Source: Lama guanicoe
Lineage: Eukaryota
NCBI GenBank assembly: GCA_013239625.1
Contig: MU054323.1
Location: 13,811,950-13,875,949, forward strand
Reading direction: 5' to 3'
Length of the DNA: 64,000 nucleotides
The position numbers were made by a program, and so were the translations under genes. Below, one piece after another: positions 40,392 through 52,439 of this stretch; within the stretch, counting starts at the first letter, position 1; each line of letters begins with the position of its first letter. Below the pieces are notes generated by a model. That model was not told the origin of the DNA. It did not search any database and saw only the letters and a list, made by a program, of their open reading frames with translations.

Positions 40392-42639
40392 TGGCTTAAT
40401 GTAAACAATTTATGTGTAAAATTAAATAATTTTCCCTTAGCCAATATTTGAATAAAATTAATAATTTTTCCTGTTCTGGGTAGAAATTCACTCTGGTCTG
40501 GTTCCTTTATACCTCACATTTTACTCTTCCCTGAGCAATTAGAATCCTTATGGCCTTCTTTTCAGTGCTTATGTTGTGTTATAACATAATGTGTCCTCTG
40601 TCCTCTACTCCAGTAAGTTTCAAGCTATACTTGATGGAGCTCCTGCTGAGGCTTTATATTTCCCCTATGTTAGCTCTCTTTGGGGGAGGGCTAACTTTGC
40701 TGCATATACAACTGCTATCTCTGGCAAAGGTGGAATTCTGTTAAATGTAACAATGCCCTTATGGTCACCATTTATTTATTTTTTAATACAACCTCCCTCC
40801 TCTTTTTCTTCCCTCTCTCCCAGCATATTTTAAGGCTGGCTCAGAGGCTGTCCATTTGCTACAAATCCCTTTCAACAATTTTATCTTCTTTAACTCCATA
40901 CTTACAGAAATAAATTGTTCATTTATTAAAGATACATATATATATAAAATATATACATTTTAGATATGCTATTTAAATCACAATAAATGTACCCCTAGGT
41001 GCTTTCAGAGTGAATTAATTACTAAAGTTTATAAATAGGGCTGTGCATGTGCATGTATATGCAAATAGTAGATAGCAGCCAGAATATTATTGTCACCAAC
41101 CATACTGATAATTGAGGATTCCACAGAAGGTGGGTCACTTCTCTTCTCCCTTTGCCAAGCACCTCTCCATGGTTCCTCCCCAGTCCACCCTTTTATTGTT
41201 TTCATCATTCCAGCTTCTAGGATCTCTTAAAGAATCAAAGATGATGTCAATAGAACATCCAGTAATGCTAAAAGGAATATCTTCCTTGTGTTTGCTTCCA
41301 TCCTTTTCCTTTATTCTTCCTACTTCTAGACTATCTGTACCATTTAATATTCCTCTATATTAAGAATCAACAGTAACCCATTAATACTCATGAAGAAGGT
41401 ATGCAGGAGAAATTTTAATTGACACCATTCTGCACTTGCAAACTGAAACAGGAGTGGGTTTAAATCACTCTAGAAGAGGAACCAGAATCTTAACTTATTG
41501 CCGTTGTCTCATGGCTGTTCCTTTCCCTCTCCTTTGCAGTAGCACTTCAAAGTAGACCATAGCACAGATTTCCAGATGTAAATAGAATACTGAAATTAGA
41601 TTTGTGACCTATCTTTAATAATAAATCAATAATGAAATGCTGACCAGATATGGTCCTAATTACTCAACATATGTGAAATTTCCACTATGCTGCTTGAATT
41701 TGAAGGGACAGATTACTTTAGATTTGAATCATATCCATTTAGTCGGAATTATGTCCTAGTTGTAGATTATCCCAAAACAATAGATACATAAGTAACTATA
41801 TTTCTCAGAATGCTGGTTAATTTTTGTAACTTCCAATTCAGAAGTTTCTAGTCTTAGATTTCATAGGATTTGGTTGGAGTTGATATAACAGTTGAAGCTG
41901 CGCATTGTTAATCTGTAGTTTCCTTGCATTTGTACATTCAACCAACACATAGTAAAGGGCCTAATATATGTCAGATACTGTTCTGGATGCTGCAAGAATT
42001 ACTCACTGAGTGAAAGTGTTTGCAGTTTAGCAATTCAGCAGTCATTGCAAAATGGATCTGAAAGTGAAGGTAAAGTAGGGGTAGGATGAAGTGTAGGTAC
42101 AGTATCTTTCTACTGCAAATTACAATCACTCTTTTTCAGTGTTGTTTAAACGAATTATAGGATCTTTGGGAGGCATGAAACCTACTCTAATCTCCTACCA
42201 TGAAGAGAAGAGAAAACTGAGTTTGGGCAGATTAAGTAGTATGTTCAGGATCACAGAGCACATTATTGGCACCTGGATCCAACCCAAGATTACTGAATGT
42301 TAGTATTATTAGGACTAGGTGCATTTTAGCAAGATCAAAGAAATTCCTTAGGCTTTGTGAAGTCACTGATGACCCTGAATCTAAAGGTATGTTTTATGCC
42401 GTCTTGGGAAAAGAAAAAAAACTTACATTGTTGTCAACGTTCTAGCTTCAGTTTGTTTAGTACATGGTGCTTATTGGCCTGTTAAGTATAACCAAATAAA
42501 CAGAAATTAAGAAATACTTTTTATGCAGAAATAAAGAAGGAGGTGATATTTTGGAGGACTGGTCCCTCTAAGACAAAACTGATTTCTCCTTGTGTGGCCC
42601 ATAGGTTCCTTTTGTCACTGAACAAAGGTGGATCAAACA

Positions 42640-42800
42640 TCAGAGACTGAAAGCTGGATGGAACGTTAGGGACCATGGTTTAACCTTTCTATTTTACAGT
42701 TGGAATAACAGAGGCTAAATATAGAAAATTGCTTGCCAGTGATGCACAAATAGCTAGAGGCAGAGTGAGACATCTTGATTCCTAATTCTAAATTCTTCTG
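42640..42800 (-). mobile_element. MIR SINE
   Basis: gctggatggaacgttagggaccat...attttacagttggaataacagaggct...cttgccagtgatgcacaaatagctagaggcagag. Confidence 0.7.
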
Positions 42801-44481
42801 CCTCCTTGGTCCATGTTTCTTACATGATTTGGTAGAATATCAGAGCCTTGTTTAATAGGTGATAGTTAAACGATTTATCCTTCTTTGGAAACAAACTCTC
42901 TGCTAGCACTAGAAGATGATTCTGGGTCTGTTTGTGTCCAATCTTGGGTTTTGGGGAACTTTTCTTCCTGCATTCTGAAGCATAATAGCCTATGGTTTCA
43001 CAAAGAGTGACCAGATTTCAATAAATGTTGGTCTCTATGGACCTTGGCTTTATTCCTTTAAATTCTTAGAAAGGTGGTGATTGGGGTGGGAATTTTCTGT
43101 AACAGAAAAATAATTTATTTTAAGAAAAATTCCTACTCTACTGACTATTGCTTTTCTTTACAGAATTGATTCATTCTCTTAGGCATCTTATTTTAGAATT
43201 ATATGAGGAATGTATGTGTATATATCTGGAAAGTTTTGCTGATATGTAAACAGAAGAAGCATGAAAATTCTCTCTTGATAACAAACCCTTCAAATAGTTA
43301 TGCCTTAAAAAATAAGTTATGACTGAGTTATGGCCATGGCTTTCCCTGTCTACAGTGGCTATCCATTGGGAACCTGGGGCACAAGGTTGATGGATCATTG
43401 CCAGCAAGTAGCAGGAGTATGTTAGTAGTCTTTCAAAAGGCTTCAAAAATTTATTCAAAAGTTAAGTACAGGGAGAAAGAAGGTCTTTGTGAAGCCCTTT
43501 CGATAGCTGATTAAGGTTCAGAGGTAGGCCACTGTTCTTATGCTGGGGATAACACAATAGAATTGCTTATGGTATCCATACCCTCACTCATTTGCTTTCA
43601 CACCTTTATTTCCCATGCCAAAATGACCCATGTCCTCATTAATGGAAAACAGCTACATGCCTGTTGGTTTATATTGGATAACAAATCCTTGCTCCCAATC
43701 AAGGAAAAGAAGTTCAACTTCCTTTAATTTTTGTATTGTTCAAACTATGTTTACATATTCACAAAATGATAAATATTTATACAATTTTATGTCATGACCT
43801 GCTGTGTCATATTACATCTCCTTGTGTACAAACTTTCGTCTTTTTAGTTATGCTCTCTTGTACCTGTTGTATAGAGATCTAACTCCTACCCTTTGACTGC
43901 TCCCTTGATCTCACCCAGAGAGAATTTATCTAGCCCTCCACCTCCATGACATCTTGGTTCTCAGCATGAGGAAAACCTTAGAGTCACGAATGATCCACGT
44001 AGAAACTCATCTTTTTTCTTCACACGTTTGCTGATAAAAACAGAATTGCTTAGAGGAGCAGGAAGATTGTTCTACTATTACTGCTGCCTTAGAATTGTGT
44101 AGATTTCTAGCTTTCCATACTTCATTGAAACCTTATAAGACTCCGAATTAACTGAGACAAATTTTCAATCATGTCTTTCAGGTGAAGAAATTAGTCTCAA
44201 AAACTAAAGTGAGAGCAAAATTACCTAGTCATTTGATGAGGAAATTAACGAGAGAAGAGATATAATTTTTGGTACAGAACTTTTTCTTAAAACATCTCAG
44301 GTCTCTACATTTTCTTATCTATAGATTCAATGTTTGTTTTCACACAGGTGATCACAGAATCCTGAGCCTATGAGCCAAGTCAATATATGATATATACCCC
44401 ATGTATTTACGTGTGACTGTTTCTGCTAGTACAGATAATAATGTTTGTCATCGATAAGGTAGATAATTGAGTAAAGACCAG

Positions 44482-44790
44482 TGTCGGAGCCAGCCGACAA
44501 TCGATCAGGTCCAGAAACCTGTGCTGCAGGACTGAGAAAAGGAAAGACGTAACAAAGAGACAGCAAGACAAGACTAAAAGGTGGGGCTGAGAGGGTCTCA
44601 CTCTAGCCCGCAAGACGCTAGGTCAAGAGTGGACGACGAGTTTATTTCAGGTGGTTCTTTTATATGATTTTAACCCATTAGCTCATACATTCCTGCACGT
44701 AGGCAATAAGGCCTAACCTCGTGACTCGTATACATTCAACTCAGGTGATACATTCAACTCAGGTGATTGTTCTCTAAAAGGATCACTGAG
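44482..44790 (-). mobile_element. Young CpG-rich ERV LTR fragment (ERVK/betaretroviral-like layout)
   Basis: Begins tgtcggagcc (minus-strand ...ACA terminus); minus-strand TATAAAA (44658-44664) lies 11 nt before AATAAA (44641-44646); about 11 CpGs in 250 bp; 18-bp tandem repeat 44730-44765. Confidence 0.7.
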
Positions 44791-44814
44791 ATTGTAGAGG
44801 GAAAGCAAGGCAGA

Positions 44815-45005
44815 GCAATGAACATTTATTGAGGTACAAATTCTGTGCAGATACTTTACAAGAGCTTAGCAATCTTGTGAGAGAGAAGGCATTTTCAAAA
44901 TGAGGGATGTCAGGTTCTGAGAAAGAATTAAGATCATGCAGCTAGAGAGTAGCACATTCAGGTGAGTGCGTGAATCAGAATTTTGTTCCTTGACTCTTCT
45001 TCCTT
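44815..45005 (-). mobile_element. MIR SINE (degenerate)
   Basis: aacatttattgagg...tgtgcagatactttaca...cattttcaaaatgagg...aagatcatgcagctagagagtagca. Confidence 0.6.
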
Positions 45006-46549
45006 GAATAATATCCAACTTCTCCGTCAGAGCAAATATATTCTAAAAAGAGCTGGATATTCTTTTAAACTGTAGCAACTGAGGTAGTCAGTTAATGAAG
45101 CATGGTATGGCACGAAGAGACAGACCAGACTTTAAATTTTAACTTAATGAATTTTTCCATATTATTTTTTTATCATCAAACTCAATGAACTTCAAGGTTT
45201 CTGGTCTTCTTTATACTTCTCTTAAGGAATAGAATACATTTCATTTTACTTAAACTCGTATTCTTGTTCAGTCATGGAATCTTTAACCATGTATTCGTGT
45301 GGTATCACACTCATATTTGCATATTCTAGTACCCAAGTGAGTCCTGGGACTTTCAAGTTTAATATAAAGTGAATTTTGGAATAGGGACTATCTGATGCTT
45401 ATGCCTCCAGATATTCTGTAGAGACTTCCAAGTAGAAAGAAAATATCTTTTCCAAAGCTCCCAAACATATCTAAGAAGTGAAATCCTGTTGACAAACCCT
45501 TTGACTGAATGTCAGCAACTAAAACTTCTTCTAACAAATTTCATTGAAGTTTTATTGAAAAAAAAAAGCAGTTCCTTTAAAACAACAATAACAACTGAAT
45601 TGATTCCAGGTTGATGCTAAACACTATGCTTAAGAGAGATAGTTCTGATCATTTTTTTTTAAATGGAAATGTGCGCATAATGAAATTTTCTCACATCAGC
45701 TTCTACTCTTGGCAGTGAAATGTCTTCTCAGATACACTTGTCAGCATAACAACTGGCAGAGTTTTTCTTTCATACATACAAAGAGGTAACATTTGAAATT
45801 ACTGATGAGATCTGGAAAGATCTACTAGACAAACTAGATGACTGGTTAGCCAAACAAGGTTCCAAGGTTAAAGGCTTTTCCACATGTACTGGTAGAGCAT
45901 TGTTACCAAATATTTGTTTATTCAGTCCTTGATTAGCATTTATTAAGCTCCTGGGTGCAGCAGTTTAAAGGTGGTAATCCAAAGTAGTTTTGCAATTATA
46001 AAGCTCTGCCTGGTTGAGAAACTGCTAATCACTTTCTTGATTTTTTTTTTTTTCTTGTCACCTAAGGCTGTGCTTAAGAGAGTACCCTATTTGGGATCAG
46101 ATTAAGGGATAGTTGGAGAATAATTAGTGTCATCACACTGACATTTCATAATTCTTTTTGGTAACCAGTTCAATTTAGAGTCCAAACTTGAAATGAGTGC
46201 TTCAAGTATCTTGATGCTTTGCTGCAAAATATTCCTATGCCAAGAAGTTACTATTTGTTTTTTTATTTTTTTAAGCAGACAAAATTTAGGGGCCTAAACA
46301 GAATCATGAAACACTCATAACAATCAGCTGGGCTCCAACATCTGCTGTGAAATACTCTCATCATCCCTATGTGACCTAAGAACCTGTTTCATACAAATTA
46401 AGTATACTTTAAGTTGTCTATCAATCATTGTTCTGTTTAATTTCCTAAATGGAATTAGCACCTTGAGTACTAAAATTTGAGCGATTTCTTAGAAGATGAG
46501 TTATGAGATTTTCTTTTATGCACAGTATATGGTTATTTCTTTCTACACC

Positions 46550-47214
46550 ATTTTTTTTTACATTAAAATTATTTTTAAGTTATTGAGGTAATATTATTTT
46601 ATAATATTAGATGCATTTCATGTGTACATTATATTTCAAATTCTGTAAATACTGCAGTGTCCTCACCATCAAAAATTTAGTTTCCATTTGTCTCTATATA
46701 ATTTTTTGAGTTTTATTTATTTTTTTATTAAAGTAGAGTTGGTTTACAGTGTGTTAATTTCTGATGTGCAGCATAGTGATTCAGTTATACATATATAGAT
46801 ATATATTCCTTTTCATATGTATTTTCATTATAGGCTATTATAAGATATTGAGTATAGTTTCCTGTGCTATACAGTAGGATCTTGTGTTTATCTGTTTTAT
46901 ATAGAGTGTTAGTATCTGCAAATCTCAAACTCTCAATTTATCCCTCCATCCCCCCCTTACCCTTGGCAACCATACTTTATTTTCTTTGTGAGTCTGTTTC
47001 TGTTTTGTAAAATCGTTCATTTGTGTCATTTTTTAGATCCCACATATAAGTGATATCATATGGTATTTTTTTGTTCTCTTTCTTGCTTACTTCATTAGTA
47101 TGACAATTTCTGGGCCTACCCATGTTGCTGCAGATGGCATTATTTTATTCCTTTTTTAGGGCTGAGTAGTATTTCATTGCATAAATATACCACATCTTCT
47201 TTATCCACTCATCT
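46550..47214 (-). mobile_element. Two adjacent L1 3' fragments; the larger (46720-47214) is an artiodactyl-type L1 3' end
   Basis: tttattaaagtagagttggtttacagtgtgttaatttctg...cctgtgctatacagtaggatcttg...cacatataagtgatatcatatggtattt...ataccacatcttctttatccactcatctg. Confidence 0.9.
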
Positions 47215-47826
47215 GCTCCAACACTGTGTCTTGACTGAAGCACATTTAATATTTCTAACAGCTCTCAAAATGCTTGCACCTGTGAGAATGAATCATTGTA
47301 AGGCCCCACAAATTGAAGGTGAAGCTTTAGGGATAAATTCTGGCTATAGCACAGAAGATGAAACATCTTCCAAACTTGGTCAGTACACACAGGAAATCTG
47401 TGCTTATGTTTGTGTCAGGCTCGGATATAAAGAGTTACATTCAGGATCTTCTTGTAGGTTTTAAAATTTATTATGTAGGTGCCACAGGAAATGCTTCCTC
47501 AAGAAACACTACTAATTGGATGGATCACTCACCTTGCGTGGATCCGTCCCGATTATCCTTGTGGTGGTGGAGTATGGGAACTGCATCGATTTAACATGTG
47601 CCACAAGGTGCCTCAGCATGCTTTGGATCTTTAATTGAATTTATTAATGGGAGAGAGTAAAAACTGGAAGGAGAATATGCTTTTAAGTGATAAAGACATT
47701 TTCCACCATTTTCTCACCAGAACTTTTGAATGTGTCCCAGAATGTTCTGGAACTTCATTAATAGACCTCCCCATTGCCTCCCTCTTACCCTAACAGCTAT
47801 CAATTAATAAAAATGAACCTCTAGAG

Positions 47827-48002
47827 CAGGGCTTCTCAGACTTTATATGCATTAAGTATGTATACAAGTGCCTTGGGAATCTTGAGGAAATATAGCTTCT
47901 GATTCAGCAGGTCTAGAGTAGGACCTGAAGTTCTGTATTTTGAACAAGCACCTGGGTAATGCAGATGCTACTGGTCCATGGACCACCCTGTGAGTAGCAT
48001 AG
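47827..48002. mobile_element. MER5A hAT-Charlie MITE with 8-bp TSD
   Basis: cagggcttctcagacttt...ttctgattcagcaggtct...aacaagcacctgggtaatgcagatgctactggtccatggaccacc; flanks ctctagag (47819-47826) and ctctagat (48003-48010). Confidence 0.9.
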
Positions 48003-51000
48003 CTCTAGATTGGCTTTCAAGGAAATAAATAAATGGAATTAATACTAGTGAGTCACAACTCAAGTAAAAAAAATTCAGGTAATTTACAGATAGTTTCATC
48101 CAGTTTTCTCAAGAAGCTGCAAAATGTATATTATTTCCAGTTGGAAGGGAAAACTGAAGCTTAGATATTTTAACTTACTGCATATCACCTAGTTAATAAT
48201 GGCAAAGTTAGTATTTGGTCTCAGTTTCTCTGACCCCGAAGATCTTAATCCTTCTACAGATGTCCCTGAAGGTATGCTGACCTGCCAGGGATTTCTGATG
48301 TGTCAAAGAGTATCCCAGAGGATGATTAAACTAGTAAATTAAACCCTCTTTCATCCAAATGTTGATACTATGGTAGCAAAGTGATTTTTTAAAAAGCTGT
48401 AAAATCAGAAGAACAAAGAGAATACAATAAGAAACCTTTGGAATTCAAGAAAGCATACAGGCAATTGGTAATTGACTAGTCAACCAGAAAGATCTGGGTC
48501 TAACAGACCGTGAGAGGAGCTGGAAGTCAGCAGATAGCTGATAGGAAGTCCAACATCTGCCTGAAAGACCATCTTGAGAGTGTATGGCATTTATCAGAAG
48601 AATGCAGTGCTGCAATTTTTAGAGCAGCTCAGGCCCTCAACAACTAAGCAAGAGATTAAGCTGAAAATTTTGGATTTTGAATGTGCTAGAATTTCCCATT
48701 TCTGTTTTCAGCTGTGGAATAAAGGAAAAAACAGGAAACAATATAGGCGTCCTATGGAGTAGATGCCAACTACTAGGATGGTCTTGGGTATGTCATCTTC
48801 CTGGGTCTCAACATCCTGAAATATAAAAGGAAAAGGCTACACACTAAGTCATCTCTATGATCCCATTAGTACAAACATTCTGTGATTCTGAAGATGTAAT
48901 CTGTTTTATAGATCTGCATTTATATCAAGAAAAATGTCATTGTAAGTTTTTGTATCATCATAGCAAAACTGTTAAGTAACAGATGGAGTAGTACATTTGT
49001 ATATCACAATGCAACTGGTCATTGAAGAAATGACAGTCAAAAGCCTCTTCATATTCAAGTATAAAAAAATCTATAAAATTATATTCAACTGGTTAGCAGC
49101 ATATTTCTGAGGTTTTAACAGAATTGCATTTCTTTTCTGTCTTTGGAGAGGGCTTTTTCGAATGAAAGAGTTAAGGGTACTTGATTTGGCTGCCCTTTCT
49201 TAAACTGTGAGTAAATTTATTAATGCAGTTCCTCTTTATTTCATTAAACATAGTTTTTATTTTCTCAGAAGCCAATATATATTTTGTCATCATGGAAATG
49301 AATATCAATTAGATTATAGATTTATCCCACATAAAACAAATCTTATATATAAAAACCTGCATTAAAAAAGAGATATATCAATGTGAATTATTCACTTCCC
49401 CAAATTACTTATAAATATATATTTATTCCTCAAGGGTTATATTAATATTAAAGAATATTTCCCCAATATTTAACTGGTTAGCAGTCAAATATTGGGTAAA
49501 TATTCATTCAAGTAAATTCAATTTGTTCACATTTTTTAAAACTTCATTTCTTCTTTAATTAAGTCATCTTATGTTGTTTAAGGAACTTGATTTTTCTTTC
49601 AAATGAAAGAACTAGTGAAATTTCTCCTTGTTAGTAGTAATTGCATTGAATATGGAGGCAGTGCAAAATGAGGTGGCAAATACAACTGAAAGAAAGCTAG
49701 GAAAGTCAGAATAGAGCAAAAAAAGAATTAAGATGTTTCAATCTAAAACCTGAACTGAACAGATAAGAAAAATTACTGAATGGACTAAGAAAAATAAATT
49801 ACAAAATCCAAGTAATGGTCTGATTTTGGAACTTAAGTATTAAATTTCCTCTTCCAAGTGTCTCTCATTTACACAGTCCCCCCCCCTTCCCCAACACACA
49901 GACACAACTGGGAACATTAGGTTCATTTATATTTTGTTTCTCGTATTGGAGAAACAGATTTGGAAATTAGTCCTTTAAAGATTTTGCTATACTAGAGATT
50001 CAAGTAGAATTGTTCAGTTGATGATACTAAGTTCCCAGTATGACCTTTATCGAGACCTACATTTCCATGCAAATGAATTTAAATTATCGAACATTCTTTA
50101 TGTTAGAGGTCAGGAGGACCCTAAATATATAAAGAAAAGAACTGATATTTATTTGGCATATACTATGAGCTAAACACTGTGTTAGTCAGTTTGTGTGGGA
50201 GGATGTTGATTTCTGATTCACTGAAATACAGATAATGTTAAGATCTGATGAGAACTTCTACCAACTGCAGTAGCTGGGCCTGATATCCAACCATCAGATT
50301 TAAATACATTTTCCCTATATGATACAACACCCCTAAAATACAGTCCTAGTCTTTAAGTTGCTTATCTGGTGGTGTTTACTCAAGACAGTAGACAAAGGAA
50401 GATAGTGCTTGTGGAGGATGGTAATTGAAGGTAGGGAAATACAAATGCTTGAGGAGATGAGAGTAGGGAACGAGTATATTTACTTAATGGAGCAACAGGA
50501 AACTCTTGGAAAAAATTGTATTAGAGACTGGTTCCTAAGCAATGACAAAATTTTGACAGCTAGGGGTTGGGGTGGGAACATCCCAGAGAAAAAGAAGAAC
50601 TCAGCTAAAAAGTTACTTATACAAGAAAGTACAGAGGTAATCCTGGAAGAGGAAATTAGGTAGCTTTATGGGAATCTTTAAATTAAAAGCCAAGGAATCC
50701 TTAAATGTCAAAAGAGATTGACAGTGGAGACCTCAGTTAGGAGATAATCATAATACACTAATTACATGTGGGTCTTGGCAGCCATTGGATGTAGCAGTGT
50801 TAAGCGAGGTAGAAGATGACACTGATTCAGAGATTAGGATCACAAAGCTATCATCATCATCAATATTGATATTATTATCATTATTACCAATAGGAAGAAG
50901 AAATTAGAACTAGTAAAATTCTTTCTACTTGAATGTATTTACGTTGCTTTTCTTGTTGAATCCTGTTTTCCTCTAGGACACATATCCCAAGCAGAAAATT

Positions 51001-51455
51001 GACAAACATAGCAATTCCCAGCCCTCTGCCTCTGTGCTATAACTTGGACATACCAAATCTGATCAATCTCTGGGCTGGTTGCCAGGCTGTGGCATTCATT
51101 ACTAGGATATAGAGGATACAGCATCACATCATTCCATCTCCAAGTCAGTCAAGAGATCAGTTTTCCCCATGAGAGCAATACTTTCTTAATTGTGGTCATT
51201 ATGCATCTATTCAATTAGTGCAGAATGAGAACAAAATGGAATAACATGAACTTGAGATTTAATTGTGAACTGTGGAGTTGCATTGTCCAAGATAGGTGAG
51301 TCATCATATGGAAAAACCAAAACAAACACATAGAATATATTTTGTCAAACTTGCTGTGTCTAAGTAGTGGAGAGAAATAAAAATACTGAGCCAATGTTAG
51401 TTAGTTCTTGGGGAAATTATTATTGGTTTTTCCAGAGACATTCTATGGTCTAGAC

Positions 51456-51660
51456 CAGGGACTGACCAATTATGGCTGCAGGTTGAACTGCTTTTGAAAA
51501 TAAAATTGTATTAGAGTATAGCCATGGTCATTCATTTGCATATTGTCTGTAGCTGTTTTTGCTCTGCAGTGCAGAATAGAGTAGTTGTGACAGAGACCAA
51601 ATGACTCCACAACACCTCAAATATTTATTATCTATCTCTTTAGGAAAGTTTGTGACCCTG
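51456..51660. mobile_element. MER58A-like hAT MITE (full length)
   Basis: caggg...aaataaaattgtattagagtatagccatggtcattcatttgcatattgtctgtagctg...agtagttgtgacagagacc...aaatatttattatct...aaagtttgtgaccctg. Confidence 0.85.
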
Positions 51661-51689
51661 TAGGAAATGGGATTTCTTTCTGCCTTTGA

Positions 51690-51803
51690 GACTTGAAAGC
51701 AGCTAAACAAATGAGTGTGTCTGTGTTCCAATAAAACTTTATTTATAAAAACAGGCTACGGGCCAAATTTGGCCTATTGCCTTTTTTTTTTTTGCTGACC
51801 CTG
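51690..51803. mobile_element. Partial MER58-like MITE in opposite orientation
   Basis: aaatgagtgtgtctgtgttccaataaaactttatttataaaaacaggctacgggccaaatttggcc...tttgctgaccctg. Confidence 0.8.
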
Positions 51804-52439
51804 TTCTAGAGTACAGTAGTTATGCAATAAATATTAGCTGAATAAATTTTTAAAATTGATTTAAAAAATTCGAAGATTGCCAACCTATTCTGTTCTGTTT
51901 TTCAGTGTTTGTGTGTATCTAGATGATACTCATATGACAACAGGCGACCAGGCTTGCTGGATGACTTAAGTAACTGCCTCTGGAGGGTACTTACATTGTG
52001 ACCATAAAGCACTGTGTCCGTGTAGAAAACATTGTGGTCCTGGGGCAAAAGATAAACTTCATGCTTGATAAAAGACAACCAAAAGGTAAGGATTTTTTTC
52101 TCTGGTATACTGCAGTCTTCAGTCTTCTGTTTTTCATCCCCAATGGCAGCTCAAAGCTGTCCTTAATCCATCATATGCCTCTTGAGTGTGTGCTCTGGGT
52201 TCACTGTCATGATGAAAAAGTACTCCATGAACTCAGTGGAGGAACTGCAGACTGAGTCTCAGCTGTTTATGCAGCTTCTGAAGAAATGTAACCCAGTGTG
52301 GGAGAAACAATCCAAGAGGCATTTCAAGCATTTGTTTTAAAATAGAAATACTTACAATGGTACTTTTTTTCCCCCAATGGTGTTTGTTAGTCCTACAAAT
52401 CCAGGTAGACAAATTTCACTAGCCAAATTGAGATTACCT

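Noticed and set aside
49479..49496. tagcagtcaaatattggg resembling miR-16/miR-195 (UAGCAGCAC..AAAUAUUGG), and tagcagca at ~49094
   Set aside because: The seed is broken, the segment is several nt shorter, and it starts in the loop rather than on a 5' arm, so it is not a miR-15/16 family precursor
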